A DNA stretch of 64,000 nucleotides from Octopus vulgaris (GCA_951406725.2 OX597816.1:10168001-10232000); one strand, 5' to 3'; shown: positions 34,597-46,500, counted from the stretch's first letter. Numbers and translations are program-made. The notes: generated by a model not told the origin, from the sequence alone.

Positions 34597-35612
34597 TCTT
34601 TCTACTGGAAGCACAAAACCTCAAATTTGGGGGAAAGGATTAAGTCAATTACATCAAAACCCAGTGCGTAACTGGTACTAATTTTATCGACCCTGAAAGG
34701 ATGAAGGGCAAAGTCAACCTCAGTGGAATTTCAACTCAGAATGTAATGGCAGATGAAATACTACTAAGCATTTCGACTGGTATGTTATCGATTCTGCCAG
34801 CTCACCACCTTATTAATAATGATAATAATAATAATAATTATAAAAATAATAATTGTTTCAAATTTTGCCACAAGGGCAGCAATTTTGGGGGAAGGGGTGA
34901 GTCAATTATATCAACCCCCAGTACACAACTGGTACTTATTTTATTGACCTTAAAAGAATGGAAGGTAAAGTCGACCTTGGCAGAATTTGAATTCAGAACG
35001 TAATGATAGGCAAAATATGGCTAAGCATTTTGTCTGACTTACTAATGATTCTGCCAGCTCGTTGCCTTAATAATAATAATTATTATTATTATATCTACTC
35101 TAGGCACAAGGCCTTGGAAATTGGGGAAGGGGGGCATCTAGTCGATTACATCAACTTCAGCGCATGACTGGTACTTATTTCATTGACCCCGAAAAGATGA
35201 AAGGCAAAGCTGTCCTTGGTGGAATTTGAACACAGAATGTAGTGGCAGATGAAATACTGCTAAACATTTCGTCTGGCTTGCTAACAGTTCTGCCAGTTGA
35301 CTACCTTCTTAATAGTGCTAATAATAACAATAGTGATAATAATAATAATAATAACAATAATAATTTCTTTTTTAACCTCTGTTTACAAACAGATTGAGAA
35401 CAGTACAGGATGAGACAATATATTATGTGGAGTTACATAGTAATATGTAAACAGTAAAAATAAAATTCTTACTAATTTTGGCCCAACACCAGCAATTTTC
35501 AGAGAAAGAGGCACTTTGATTACATTAGTTCTAGTACTTGACCAGAACTTTATTTTATTGGTCCTGAAATGAAGAATGATAAAATTGACCTAAGTGGGAT
35601 TTGAACTCATGT
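34597..35612 (-). mobile_element. Four successive family C SINEs separated by (TAA)n tracts
   Basis: Reverse-complement copies at about 34597-34805, 34855-35062, 35095-35300 and a decayed one at 35468-35612. Confidence 0.8.
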
Positions 35613-35960
35613 CGTGAAGATCCAAAAGAATTTGTTTTAAAACCCACACGCACATGCATATGTGTGTGTGTGTGTGTGTGTTTATTGGTTAGGTAATTTA
35701 GCAGTGATCTGACATGGCTGAAAGAAAATTCTGGTTTGGGCTCTTTAATTAATTTACAGCTATGGAGTCGATGAAATTGATTAACCTTCCGACCACAGAA
35801 CTGATGGTTATCTGTCTCAATTAGAAATCACAAGTAATTACTATTATTATCTTTTATCTTTTACTGGTTTCAGCCATTTGATTGTGGCCAAGCTGGGGCA
35901 CAGCCTTGAAGGGTTTTAGTCAAACAAATCGACCCCAGGACTTATTTCTTTAAGCCTAGT

Positions 35961-36162
35961 CTCTCTATCCACTCAGTCGAAGTTGACTCTCGATCACTCG
36001 TTGGATCAGTGTCCTCCAGTCATTTCTATCCTAGGCCGCTTCCTTCAGATTGGCCATGTCCATTCCGGTATCACTCCTGATGGTGTCAAGCCAGCGGGTT
36101 CTTGGTCAGCCTCTTCCTCTCTTGCTACTGACCATTCCGAGCATGATGTCCTTCTCCAGTAC
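35961..36162 (-). mobile_element. BovB-like RTE LINE 3' end
   Basis: Translation LEKDIMLGMVSSKRGRG*PRTRWLDTIRSDTGMDMANLKEAA*DRNDWRTLIQRVIESQLRLSG* parallels the BovB terminus LEKTLMLGKIEG.RRRGRQRMRWLD...DREAWR...SRTRL. Confidence 0.85.
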
Positions 36163-36302
36163 TTCAGTACTTATCCTAACAATCCCTTTGGTTGAACTGC
36201 TAAGTTATGGGGATGTAAACACACCAATACCAGTTGCCAAGTGGTGGTGGGGGGGGCAAAGACATGCACACATAAGTATATACATACACATATACATACA
36301 TA

Positions 36303-36645
36303 GATGGTGGTTGTCTACTCCTTATGCAGAGTCTGACCGCCGTTTGTACTTACACTTTAGATCCCTCGTGGTGCATGAGGTGGCTTTTTAAACCAGACAA
36401 TGTTTTGAAAAGACACCCACATAGATTGCATATCTGATTTGGACCACCAAGAGCTGCAGATAAGTTCTGATCTTTGTGGATCTTAAAATGTCTTTTGAGG
36501 CCTCCATTAGATTTGCAGACCAAATAGCATACACAGCAGTGAAAGGTGTGCACAGGTATATAGGCAGAATAGTTGGGGGAGGTTTGTTTTTCATGGGTCT
36601 GCAAATGAGATTTTTAAGCCTAGCAAAAGAAAGGTATCATCTGTC
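36303..36645 (-). mobile_element. LINE (probably RTE) 3' end encoding two C2H2 zinc fingers
   Basis: CCVCYLVCKSNGGLKRHFKIH and CNLCGCLFKTLSGLKSHLMHH (both Cx2C-x12-H-x3-H), then a stop and a UTR of about 45 nt; no TGEKP linker; nested in a SINE microsatellite. Confidence 0.7.
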
Positions 36646-36648
36646 ATG

Positions 36649-36716
<68 letters not shown>

Positions 36717-38117
36717 CAAAATGGGACAAGAACGCAAAACATCCAGAAGACGATGCAAAAAACATGGATGGGTCATTTGAAGGCTTTAATCTTCAGTCAA
36801 GAACTGGATCATCCTTGCAATTTTGGCTGATTAATCTTGAGATTGCTCCAATCTGGCCAGCCCCAAGGAAAAACTAAGCTAAGAGCATTAGATTCCTTGT
36901 ACTTACATACATTCATACAAAGAACGTCTTTCAGTTTCTATCTACCAAATCAACTCAGAAAGTTTTGGTCAGCCTGATGCTATAGTAGAAAACACCCATG
37001 GTGCTACGTAGTGGAACTGAACTCAGAACCATGTTGTTGGGAAGCAAGCTTCTTACCATACAGCCACGCCTGTATCTGTGGTCAAAATATATAAAAAGAG
37101 AGAATTATACAAAAATAGAGTTGAGGACTCAAGTGCTAAAAGTACATAGCTTGCATCAAAATTAATGTGACATCGGTCCTTTTAGCAATGGGGTAAAGTC
37201 TTCAGTTTTAAATATAAAGTAATAATATTAACGAGTTTATTGTATACAGTTCTGAAGTGCACTACAGCTTGTCAGAATAAAGGAAATCTAAGAGGAGAAT
37301 CAAAATAAAAATAAAATATCAAATATATAGAAACAAACAAAAACAAAAAGATTAAAAGTGTTTTCTTAGCATTACTATAATTATATATTATTATTATTAT
37401 ATTATATATATTTGCTTTTCGTACACATCAACCCATAAAATATGCAAATACTTGCCTATCTTTCAATTTTGATTGAGTGTATTGTTTGTATTATTCATAA
37501 TCCATATCTATATCCGTATGTTTCGCTTCCGCACTGAAATATATTTGCTTCTCATGTTATGTGTAATGTATAGTCTGTGCTTCTAACTTATGGTTCTGAT
37601 GAAATGTGATGTTGTTAAGATTCGTAGCCCACAAAGGAATTGCAGTGATAGAAGAGAGTAAGTTAATATGCTCAAATCAGACACGCGGCTAGAAAAAGAA
37701 GAAGAAGAAGAATCTGATAGTTTTGTGTTCGATGGGAAAGAAAAAGAAAAAAAGTGATCATATTTTTAATTGAAAACTACGATCTCTAAATTAGTATATT
37801 ATGACAGCGATGGCAATGATGAATATAATGGTGATGACGATGATGATGAAGATGATTGGTGGTTGTGACACAAACGTATGTAACTTTAGAACTGTGGAGT
37901 ACAATGGTTGTCGGTTCTCGTAGAGTAGGCAGGAGAGTAATAAAGCCGAAGAGTGACAAGCAGAGGATGCTAGGAGTAGAAAATGGGAGAGAGAGAGAGA
38001 GAGGCAGAGATAAATTGATAGACAGACAAATAGATGTGTGGATAAATAAGCAGAGAAAGAATGAGTCAGAATGAAGGAGATTGTGGTGATGTGAAAGTTG
38101 AGTAGGAAAAGAGAAGT

Positions 38118-38490
38118 GGGTGTGTGGTAAGTAGCTTGCTAACCAACCACATGGTTGCGGGTTCAGTCCCACTGCGTGACATCTTGGGCAAGTGTCTTCT
38201 GCTATAGTCCCGGGCCGACCAATGCCTTGTGAGTGGATTTGGTAGACGGAAACTGAAAGAAGCCTGTCGTATATATATATATGTGTATATGTGTGTTTGT
38301 GTGTCTGTGTTTGTCCCCCTAGCATTGCTTGACAACCGATGCTGGTGTGTTTACGTCCCCATCACTTAGCGGTTCGGCAAAGAGACCGATAGAATAAGTA
38401 CTGGGCTTACAAAGAATAAGTTGGTCGATTTGATCGAAAACCAGCATGGCCACAGTCAAATGACTGAAACAAGTAAAAGAGTAAAAGAGA
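38118..38490 (+). mobile_element. SINE family A
   Basis: Near full-length copy. Confidence 0.9.
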
Positions 38491-38968
38491 GAGATCTTTC
38501 TCGACTGGTTTCCTGGTTTCCATAACGCATATATTTCTTCTCTGGATGGGACATCAGCTCGTCACAGGATTACTTGGTCCAAGAGTCGAAACCACAATCA
38601 CACGATCATGAGTCCAACTCCCTGACCCTAAACCACACACCTCCACAAATAGTGATAAGTGTATACCAGGAGAGAAAGGTTTGTCAGAAATAGAGAAGTT
38701 AATGTAAGGAGAGTGATTGGAAACTGTAACAAAATAAGGAAGAGAGACAACATGTGTGGCATGATAAAAAAAACTGTTGAATGAGAAACACAATGAAAGC
38801 TAATGGGAAAAATAACGAGCCTTAAATGCCTAATTTCAGGACAATCAAATTCCTATTTGATGGAGTGGTTGACTTATGACCAGGGTCAATGACAGAGGTA
38901 AGGGGTCAGCTAGTATATCAGTCTGAATTTCTAAAGAGAGATACATGACTATTTGCTGGGCCTTTTCC

Positions 38969-39192
38969 TTGATCCTTTAACATTTAGATTACTCTGTCAA
39001 ATGTAATGCTTGTTTATTCACATCGTTTGCCATTAATCATGCATTATCACATTGTTTCCAGATTTTGAAGAAGTGATTGTATATTTTTAGAATGGCATTG
39101 TAGGGTAGGTGCAAGTGGCTGGATCTGGCAGTTTGAACATAAAACAAGTTGAATAGCTGGGCTGGATATGCCAGTTTAAATGCTAAGGAATA
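38969..39192. mobile_element. Decayed piggyBac-like MITE (second family)
   Basis: Degenerate termini TTGATCCTTTAACATTTA and TAAATGCTAAGGAATAA. Confidence 0.45.
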
Positions 39193-39218
39193 AACAAAAG
39201 AATATTAAAAAAAAAACC

Positions 39219-39577
39219 ATAGGAGTGGCTGTGTGGTAAGACCTTGGGCAAGTGTCTTCTACTATAGCCTCGGGCCAACCAAAGTCTTGTGAGTGAATTT
39301 GGTAGACTGAAACTGAAAGAATCCCGTCATATATATGTGTATATATATATATATATGTGTGTGTGTGTATATGTTTGTGTGTCTATGTTTGCCCCTTCAA
39401 CATCGCTTGACAACTGATGCTGGTGTGTTTATGTCCCTGCAACTTAGCAGTTAGCAAAAAAGACTGATAGAATAAATACTAGGCTTACAGAGAATAAGTC
39501 CTGGGGTCGATTTGCTTGACTAAAAGGCGGTACTCCAGCATGGCCACAGTCAAATGACTGAAACAAGTAAAAGAGTA
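39219..39577 (+). mobile_element. SINE family A with deletion of the B-box region
   Basis: TGTGTGGTAAG joined directly to ACCTTGGGCAAG. Confidence 0.85.
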
Positions 39578-40057
39578 ACCCCTGTAGATTTTAAGAATCC
39601 ACCCTCCCCATTCAGCTGACGAGTCAGGGAAGGAGTTTTGTTCTACATTAACAAATTTCTGTCAGGCATCAGTGTTTAACTGTCTTGAAATCAAGGGCCA
39701 CCGAAAATGAGTTTAATCTTGTAATGTGTCAGTTCCTGGTGGAAATAAGCAGCAGAGAAATTAGCTTTCAGATGAAATCCTGAGTTAGAGCAGATATCAA
39801 TCACTTTCCAGGACCTAAAACTACACACATTCCTATAAGAATAAGTTGCAATCAAGGAAAATAGAAACAAATGTTATACCAACCAATACAAGATCTGTCA
39901 GTAGAATGGTTCATAGTTACGGCATCATAGAACATCAACAAATATCAGTTAATTAATAATCTTAATTACCACAGATTGGTATAAATTTTAATTACACGTT
40001 TTGATGAGGTTCCACTGATGAGTACTTCTTCTAAACATACATAATCTCTCTATATAT

Positions 40058-41015
40058 AGGTGCAGGTGTGGCAAGAAGCTTGCTTCCCAACCACATGGTT
40101 GCAGGTTCAGTCCTACTACATAGCATATTGGGGCAAGTGTCTTCTGTATAGTGTCAAGTTGAGAATGGATTTGGTACACGGAAACTGAAAGAAACCTGTT
40201 GTGTATATATATATATATATATATACACAGGGATATTCAATGAAGAATGAACCAATTTCATCATGCAATATTTTAATAAGTGTAAAACCAATTGAAAACC
40301 CCAGCTGAGTCACAAGTATTTACTCACAATCAATGTGTTTATTTCCTGTCTTACAAGGTTTCAATGTGGCCACCACCTGCAGCACAGGCAACATCAAACG
40401 ATAGAGAATTCCTCCCAGACACGTATCAGCATATCACGATCCACTGAGTTGACCACTGTTGTTATTCGATGTTGAAGGTCATCAAGGTGAGTGGGTAGTG
40501 GTGGAACATAAACGCGATCTTTTACATATCCCCAAGAAAAAATCACAGACAATGGATCATACACTCAGTGGATCGTGGTATGCTGATATGTGTCTGGGAG
40601 GAATTCTCTTATTGCATTGATGTTGCCCGTGCTGCAGGTGGTGGCCACATTGAACACTTGTGAGACAGGAAATAAAAGTTGATTGTGAGTAAATACTTGT
40701 GACTCAGCTGCAGTTTTCTATTGCTTTTCCTTATTAAAATATTGCTTTGAATAACCTTGTATATTGTATGTGTATGTATATATACATATGGTTGTGTGTG
40801 TGTCTTTGTGTCTGTGTTTGTCCCCCACCACAGCTTGGCTACCATTGATAATGTGTTTACATCCCTGTAACTTAGCGGTTTGGCAAAAGAAACAATAAAC
40901 TAAGTACTATGCTTAAAAAAAAAAACAAGTAGTAGGTCGATTCATTCAACCAAGAACCCTGCAAGGTCGTGCTCTAGCATGGCCTCAGTCTAATGACTGA
41001 AACAAGATAAAAGTT
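40058..41015 (+). mobile_element. SINE family A interrupted by a MITE in its (TA)n tract
   Basis: Head 40058-40200, remainder 40790-41015. Confidence 0.8.
40228..40759. mobile_element. Tc1/mariner (maT/DD37-like) derivative made of two inverted 3' ends
   Basis: Termini CAGGGATATTCAA and TTGAATAACCTTG; about 190-bp inverted arms; frameshifted translation GYVKDRVYVPPLPTHLDDLQHRITTVVNSVDRDMLIRVWEEFS on the minus strand and VDRGMLICVWEEFSYCIDVARAAGGGHIEHL* on the plus strand. Confidence 0.85.
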
Positions 41016-42102
41016 AAATATTCACAGATTTATCAATTACCAGTAAATTATTCCTGTTGCATGTTTTCACTCCAAGAGAACGATTATTGGTTGGAATGGT
41101 ATCTCGCAAAGAAAGTGCCAGAGAATTTTATAATTTTTCTTATTTAGCCACAGAAGAAGAGGCAGGTGGTTATATAATTTTTTTGGTGGGTGTCCCTATC
41201 TAGACTGTTCATCTTGACCTTCTGAGCAGAACTATGACCAGAGACATTCCACTCATGACCATCCCATTTTTGTTTTAGACTGTATTTAAGGCTACATTAT
41301 CAGATGTCTCATTTACCTCATTTTTAAGATAGTAAGTGTGATTTGGTGATTAATTCAATCCTGTTGGTTAACTGTATAGAGACCCCACTTAACAGTGATC
41401 GTTCTGAGACTAGGCACTGTCTCTAATCAGATTGATATTAATGATCGTTAAGTTGATGATGGGGTTAGGGTTTAATGACAGTATGAGTGGTACCTGTGGA
41501 GTTGATGGTTTATTGAGATGACATGATTGCATAGGTGTGGACACACACATAACTGCGCACACAGAAATTGAATTATGCATGCATTGAAATGTGCATAGCA
41601 TTATAAACATTATAATATGGCCAGAATAAACATTATCTTAGACAATAAAGGCTTCATATTTTAATGACTCTGTGTGACGTCCCTTGAGTAATGTTGTCAA
41701 TATGAAACAAACAGGAAGAGGGGAACTGTGTTCATAGCATGTTCTGAACACATGCGATCATTGTAAGCAGTAACGTGTGCATGTATGCACACACTCATGC
41801 GCATTCACTAAGCGCATGAATATAACGTATACACACATGCATTTGTATCACATATACACATTTGCATAAATATAAAAAAAGAAATAACAGCATCACCATC
41901 ATTGTTTAATGTCCACTGTTCTCTGCTTGCATGAGTCAGACAGAATCTGTTGGAGCAGAATTTGTACAGTGGCCACCCCTCACCAGTTTCTGAGCAAGGC
42001 AATATTTAACCATGGCTTGTTATGTGTTTCCATGGAACATTAGGAACAAACAAGGCTCCTTCTGTGACAGCGATGCCTGTTTGCAACTATATTGTGAAAT
42101 CA

Positions 42103-42493
42103 AAATCAAATTCAATGACTGGCATCCGTACTAGCAGGGTTCAAAGAGCACCATGCGAGTGTGATCGTTGATAGAATGGCTAACCGGCTTCCATGCCAGT
42201 GGCACATAAAAAGCACCATCCAAGTGTGATCGTTACCAGCATCGCCTTACTGGCACTTGTGCCCGTGTTAGTAGGGTGCCAAGAGCACCATTCAAGTGTG
42301 ATCGTTGCAAGAGCAGCCAACTGGTTTCTGTGCTGGTGGCACGTAAAAGGGCACCATTTGAGCATGATCGTTACCAACGTCACCTTACTGGCACCTGTGC
42401 CAGTGGCACATATAAAAAGATTCGAGCGAGGTCGTTGCCAGTACGTCCAACCCATGCTAGCATGGAAAGTGGACGTTAAACGATGATGATGAT
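42103..42493 (+). mobile_element. Family B RTE 3' UTR with core deletion
   Basis: Tandem units joined directly to GTCCAACCCATGCTAGCATGG and a GAT tail. Confidence 0.8.
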
Positions 42494-42514
42494 TGTGCCA
42501 CTCTCAAAACAAAG

Positions 42515-42900
42515 ACACACACATGTACTCACACATACACGTACTCACACACACACAAGTACTCACACACACACATGTACTCACACACACACATGTACTC
42601 ACACACACACATGTACTCACAAACACGTACTCACAAACACATGTACTCACACATACACATGTACTCACACATACACGTGTACTCACACATACACATGTAC
42701 TCACACATACACATGTACTCACACACACATGTACTCACACACACACATGTACTCACACACACACAAGTACTCACACACACACATGTACTCACACACACAC
42801 ATGTACTCACAAACACATGTACTCACACATACACGTGTACTCACACATACACGTGTACTCACACATACACATGTACTCACACATACACATACCCACACAC
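42515..42900. repeat. Minisatellite, 16-18-bp unit ATGTACTC(AC)n, about 21 copies
   Basis: Directly visible. Confidence 0.95.
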
Positions 42901-43560
42901 ATATGATATGAGCTTCTTATTATTTCTGAATACTAAATCTACTCATAAGTCTTTGGCTGTATAGAAGTCATAGTGGAAACACTTGCCCAAGGTGCTACAC
43001 AGTCAGATCATAGTCTTGTGGCCTACAAAGTGACAGGTGACTTCACTAGTAATGCTACTGTCGTGTAAAAAAGGCACCTGTACACTTTGTAAAGGGATTC
43101 TGTTCAGAACGGTGTCCAGCTGAAGAGACCATGCTGCAGCAGATATTGGAGCATGATGCAGTCCTCTGACCTGTCGGATCCTTTCACACTGTCAAACCCA
43201 ATCTAATATGGAGGATGAACATTAAAAAACGAAGTGTAGGCCTTCCTGATCTTGCATCTTTCTATTGTTCATCCATCCATAACTCATCTAAATACAACAT
43301 TATTCAACTATTGTAGTCATATGAGCACATAACGGATGAATACTCTGGATAATTATAATTGTATACATAAACAGTAAAATGAAACTGCGAGCTTTGGGGT
43401 GGGGCTCATAAGCCATTCCATTCCATTCATTGTAAATATTTCATTTCATAATTATTTTTCGTTTTATGTACCCCATGTTTTGTGTTGTCTGTCCTTGTTA
43501 TGTCCCCTCTCTATTCAGGCTATATGCCTATAATAAAGATTTCTGTAGTCATATGAGAGT

Positions 43561-43895
43561 GAAGGCACATGGCTCAATGGTTTGAGCATCGAGCTTACGA
43601 TCGTGAGGTTGTGAGTTCGAATCTCGGACTGGGCTGCGTGTTGTGTTCTTGAGCAAGACACTTTATTTCACGTTGTTCCAGTTCACTCAGCTGTAGAAAT
43701 GAGTTGCGACGTCACAGGTGCCAAGCTGTATCTGCTGTTGCCTTTCCTTTGGATAACACTGGTGGCAGGAGAGGGGAAGCCGGTATGCATGGGCGACTAC
43801 TGGTCTTCCATAAACAACCTTGCCCGGACTTGTGCCTAGGAGGGTAACTTTCTAGGTGCAATCCCACGGTCAGTCATGACCAAAAGGGGTCTCAA
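43561..43895 (+). mobile_element. tRNA-derived CORE-type SINE, family D, with 13-bp TSD
   Basis: A box TGGCTCAATGG, anticodon-like loop CTTACGA (Arg-like), B box AGTTCGAATC, CORE-like GTGTTCTTGAGCAAGACACTT; TSD AGTCATATGAGAG at 43547-43559 and 43901-43913; may correspond to the described octopus tRNA-Arg SINEs (OR families; not verified). Confidence 0.9.
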
Positions 43896-44553
43896 TATAA
43901 AGTCATATGAGAGCAGAATCTGCACATATTTCATCTACCTTTGGTGCTACCAGTTACCTTTCCCTGGAACAAACTTTCATATAAAATCCATTCCTTGTTC
44001 GCAATATTATTTCTGCTTTATTTTCTACCGTTCAACCTCATCTCCTGTTGCAGTCTCTAGTTATCTCTCCCTCTCTGCCAAGCTGCAATATTAAGACTAC
44101 CATATCTCACAGATCAGCTATCATTCTCAACACCTCGCATATCAAACTGCAGATATATCAGGAAATAGGGATCTGATGTGCAGGTTAGCAGAATGTACAG
44201 TGACAGATAGTGGTGTTAGAGGTATGTAGGGATGGTTATAACGAGTTGTTGATGAAGGTGGGAGAAATCACACCTTAGCATCCACATGAGGTCACTGCAG
44301 CTCTCCATCTAATTGAATCCTATCAAATCATCCAGCCTATACAAGCATAGAATAAAGATATTAAATGATGGTGATTTTCTATATGTATGTATGGAAGAAC
44401 AGCGTAGAAACAGTTATATGATATATTGTATGTACATTTTATATGCCATAAAAAATTCTTTACAACTGTTTCAAACGATCATTGAATTGTTGGTACTATA
44501 ATGTATGATATGAAGACGAATATAAAAGTGAGGTAAAATTACTCATACACGTA

Positions 44554-44907
44554 TACTCTTTTACATGTTTCAGGCATTAGACTGTGGCCATGCTGGAGCA
44601 CCGCCTTTAGTCAGACAAACTGATCCCAGGACTAATTCTTTGTAAGTCTAGTATTTATTCTATCAGTCTCTTTTGCCAAACTGCTAAGTTATGGGGATGT
44701 AAACTGACTAACATCGGTTGTGAGGTGAGTGTGGCAGGACAAACACAGACACACAAATACATATACATATATATATATTTATGTATATACACACACACAC
44801 ACATACACACATACAATGAGCTTCTTTCAGTTTCCATCTACCAAATCCACTCACAAGGCTTTGGTCAGCTAAAGGCTATACTAGAAGACACACTTGCCCA
44901 AGGTGCC
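44554..44907 (-). mobile_element. SINE family A lacking the tRNA head
   Basis: Reverse-complement copy. Confidence 0.85.
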
Positions 44908-44942
44908 TACCTGTTCCATCTGATATATGTGTGTGTCATCGA

Positions 44943-45140
44943 CATCATCATCATTGTTTAACATCCATCTTCCATGCTGGCATGGGTGGGATGGTTTAAT
45001 AAGAGCTGGCCAAGCAGAAACCTGCACCAGACTTCTGTGACTGTTTTGTCAGGATTTTTACAGCTGGATGCCCTTCTAAACTCCAAACACTCAGCAGAGA
45101 GGACTTGGTGCTTTTTATGTGGTACAAGTACAGGCGAGGT
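44943..45140 (-). mobile_element. Diverged family B fragment
   Basis: (CAT)n and CAGCTGGATGCCCTTCT core. Confidence 0.75.
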
Positions 45141-45158
45141 GAATAATGATGTTCCTAG

Positions 45159-45327
45159 AGGTGCAGGAGTAGCTGTGTGGTAAGCAGCTTCCTTCCCAAT
45201 CATATGGTTCCAGGTTCAGTCCCATTGCATGGCACCTTGGGCAAGTGTCGTTTGCTGTAGCCTTGGGCCAACCAAAGCCTTGTGAGTAGATTTGGTAGAT
45301 GGAAACTGAAAGAAGCCTGTCATATAT

Positions 45328-45368
<41 letters not shown>

Positions 45369-45695
45369 AACATCGGCTGTGAAGCGATGGCAGGGGGACA
45401 AACACAGACACACAAATACATACATCATCATCATCATCATCATCGGACGCTAAACGACGATGATGATGATGATGATGATGTATGTATTTGTGTGTCTGTG
45501 TTTGTCCCCCTGCCATCGCTTCACAGCTGATGTTGGTGTGTTTACGTCCCCATAACTTAACGGTTAGGCAAAAGATACTGATATAGTAAATACTAGGCTT
45601 ACAAAGAATAAGTTCTGTGGTCGATCTGCTCAACTAAAGGTGGTGCTCCAGCATGGTTGCAATCAAAATAACTGAAACAAGTAAAACAATAAAAG
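45159..45695 (+). mobile_element. SINE family A containing an internal 172-bp palindrome
   Basis: Full copy; inverted duplication at 45366-45537. Confidence 0.85.
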
Positions 45696-45761
45696 AATAC
45701 ACACACACACACACAGACATACAGAGATATAAATATATGTAAAATGTATTAAATATATATA

Positions 45762-46063
45762 CATAAAACATTCGAGCGACGTCATTGCCAGTGCCACTGG
45801 ACTGGCTCCTGTGCAGGTAGCACATAAAAAAACCCATTTGAGCGTGGCCATTGCCAGTAACGCCTGACTGGCCCTTGTGCTGGCGGCATGTAAAAGCACC
45901 CACTACAAACTAGGAGTGGTTGGCGTTAGGAAGGGCATCCAGCTGTAGAAACACTGGCAGATCAAGATTGGAGTCTGGTGCAGCCATCTGGTTTGCCAGA
46001 CCTCAGTCAAATCATCCAACCCATGCTAGCATGGAAAGCGGACGTTAAACGATGATGATGATG
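45762..46063 (+). mobile_element. Family B RTE 3' UTR fragment
   Basis: Units, core and GAT tail. Confidence 0.85.
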
Positions 46064-46082
46064 ATATATATTATATATATAT

Positions 46083-46500
46083 AGGTGCAAGAGTGGCTGT
46101 GTGGTAAGTAGCTTGCTTACAAACTACATGGTTCCGGGTTCAGTCTCACTGCATGGCAACTTGGGCAAGTGTCTTCTACTATAGCCTCGGGCCTACCAAA
46201 GACTTGTGAGTGGATTTGGTAGATGGAAACTGAAAGAAGCCTGTCATATATATATATATGTGTGTGTGTATGCGTGTGTATATATTTGTGGGTCTGTGTT
46301 TGTCCACTCCAACAACATTGCTTGATAACTGCTGCTCGTGTGTTTATGTCCCCATAACTTAGCGGTTTGGCAAAAAGAACTGATAGAATAAGTAGTAGGC
46401 TTACAGAGAATAAGTCCTGGGGTTGATTTGTTCGACTAAAGGTGGTGCTCCATCATGGCCACAGTGAAATGACTGAAACGAGTAAAAGAGTAAAAGAAAG
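46083..46500 (+). mobile_element. SINE family A
   Basis: Full copy. Confidence 0.9.

Larger units (their letters stand above)
35850..37075 (-). mobile_element. SINE family A split by nested insertions
   Basis: Tail 35850-35960, middle 36165-36300, head 36925-37075. Confidence 0.75.

Noticed and set aside
36350-36604. Host C2H2 zinc-finger gene
   Set aside because: No TGEKP linkers or clear splice sites, nested inside a SINE, and followed by a short LINE-like UTR
43561-43635. Functional tRNA-Arg gene
   Set aside because: The tRNA-like head continues into a CORE-type SINE body with a TSD; the acceptor stem is not closed
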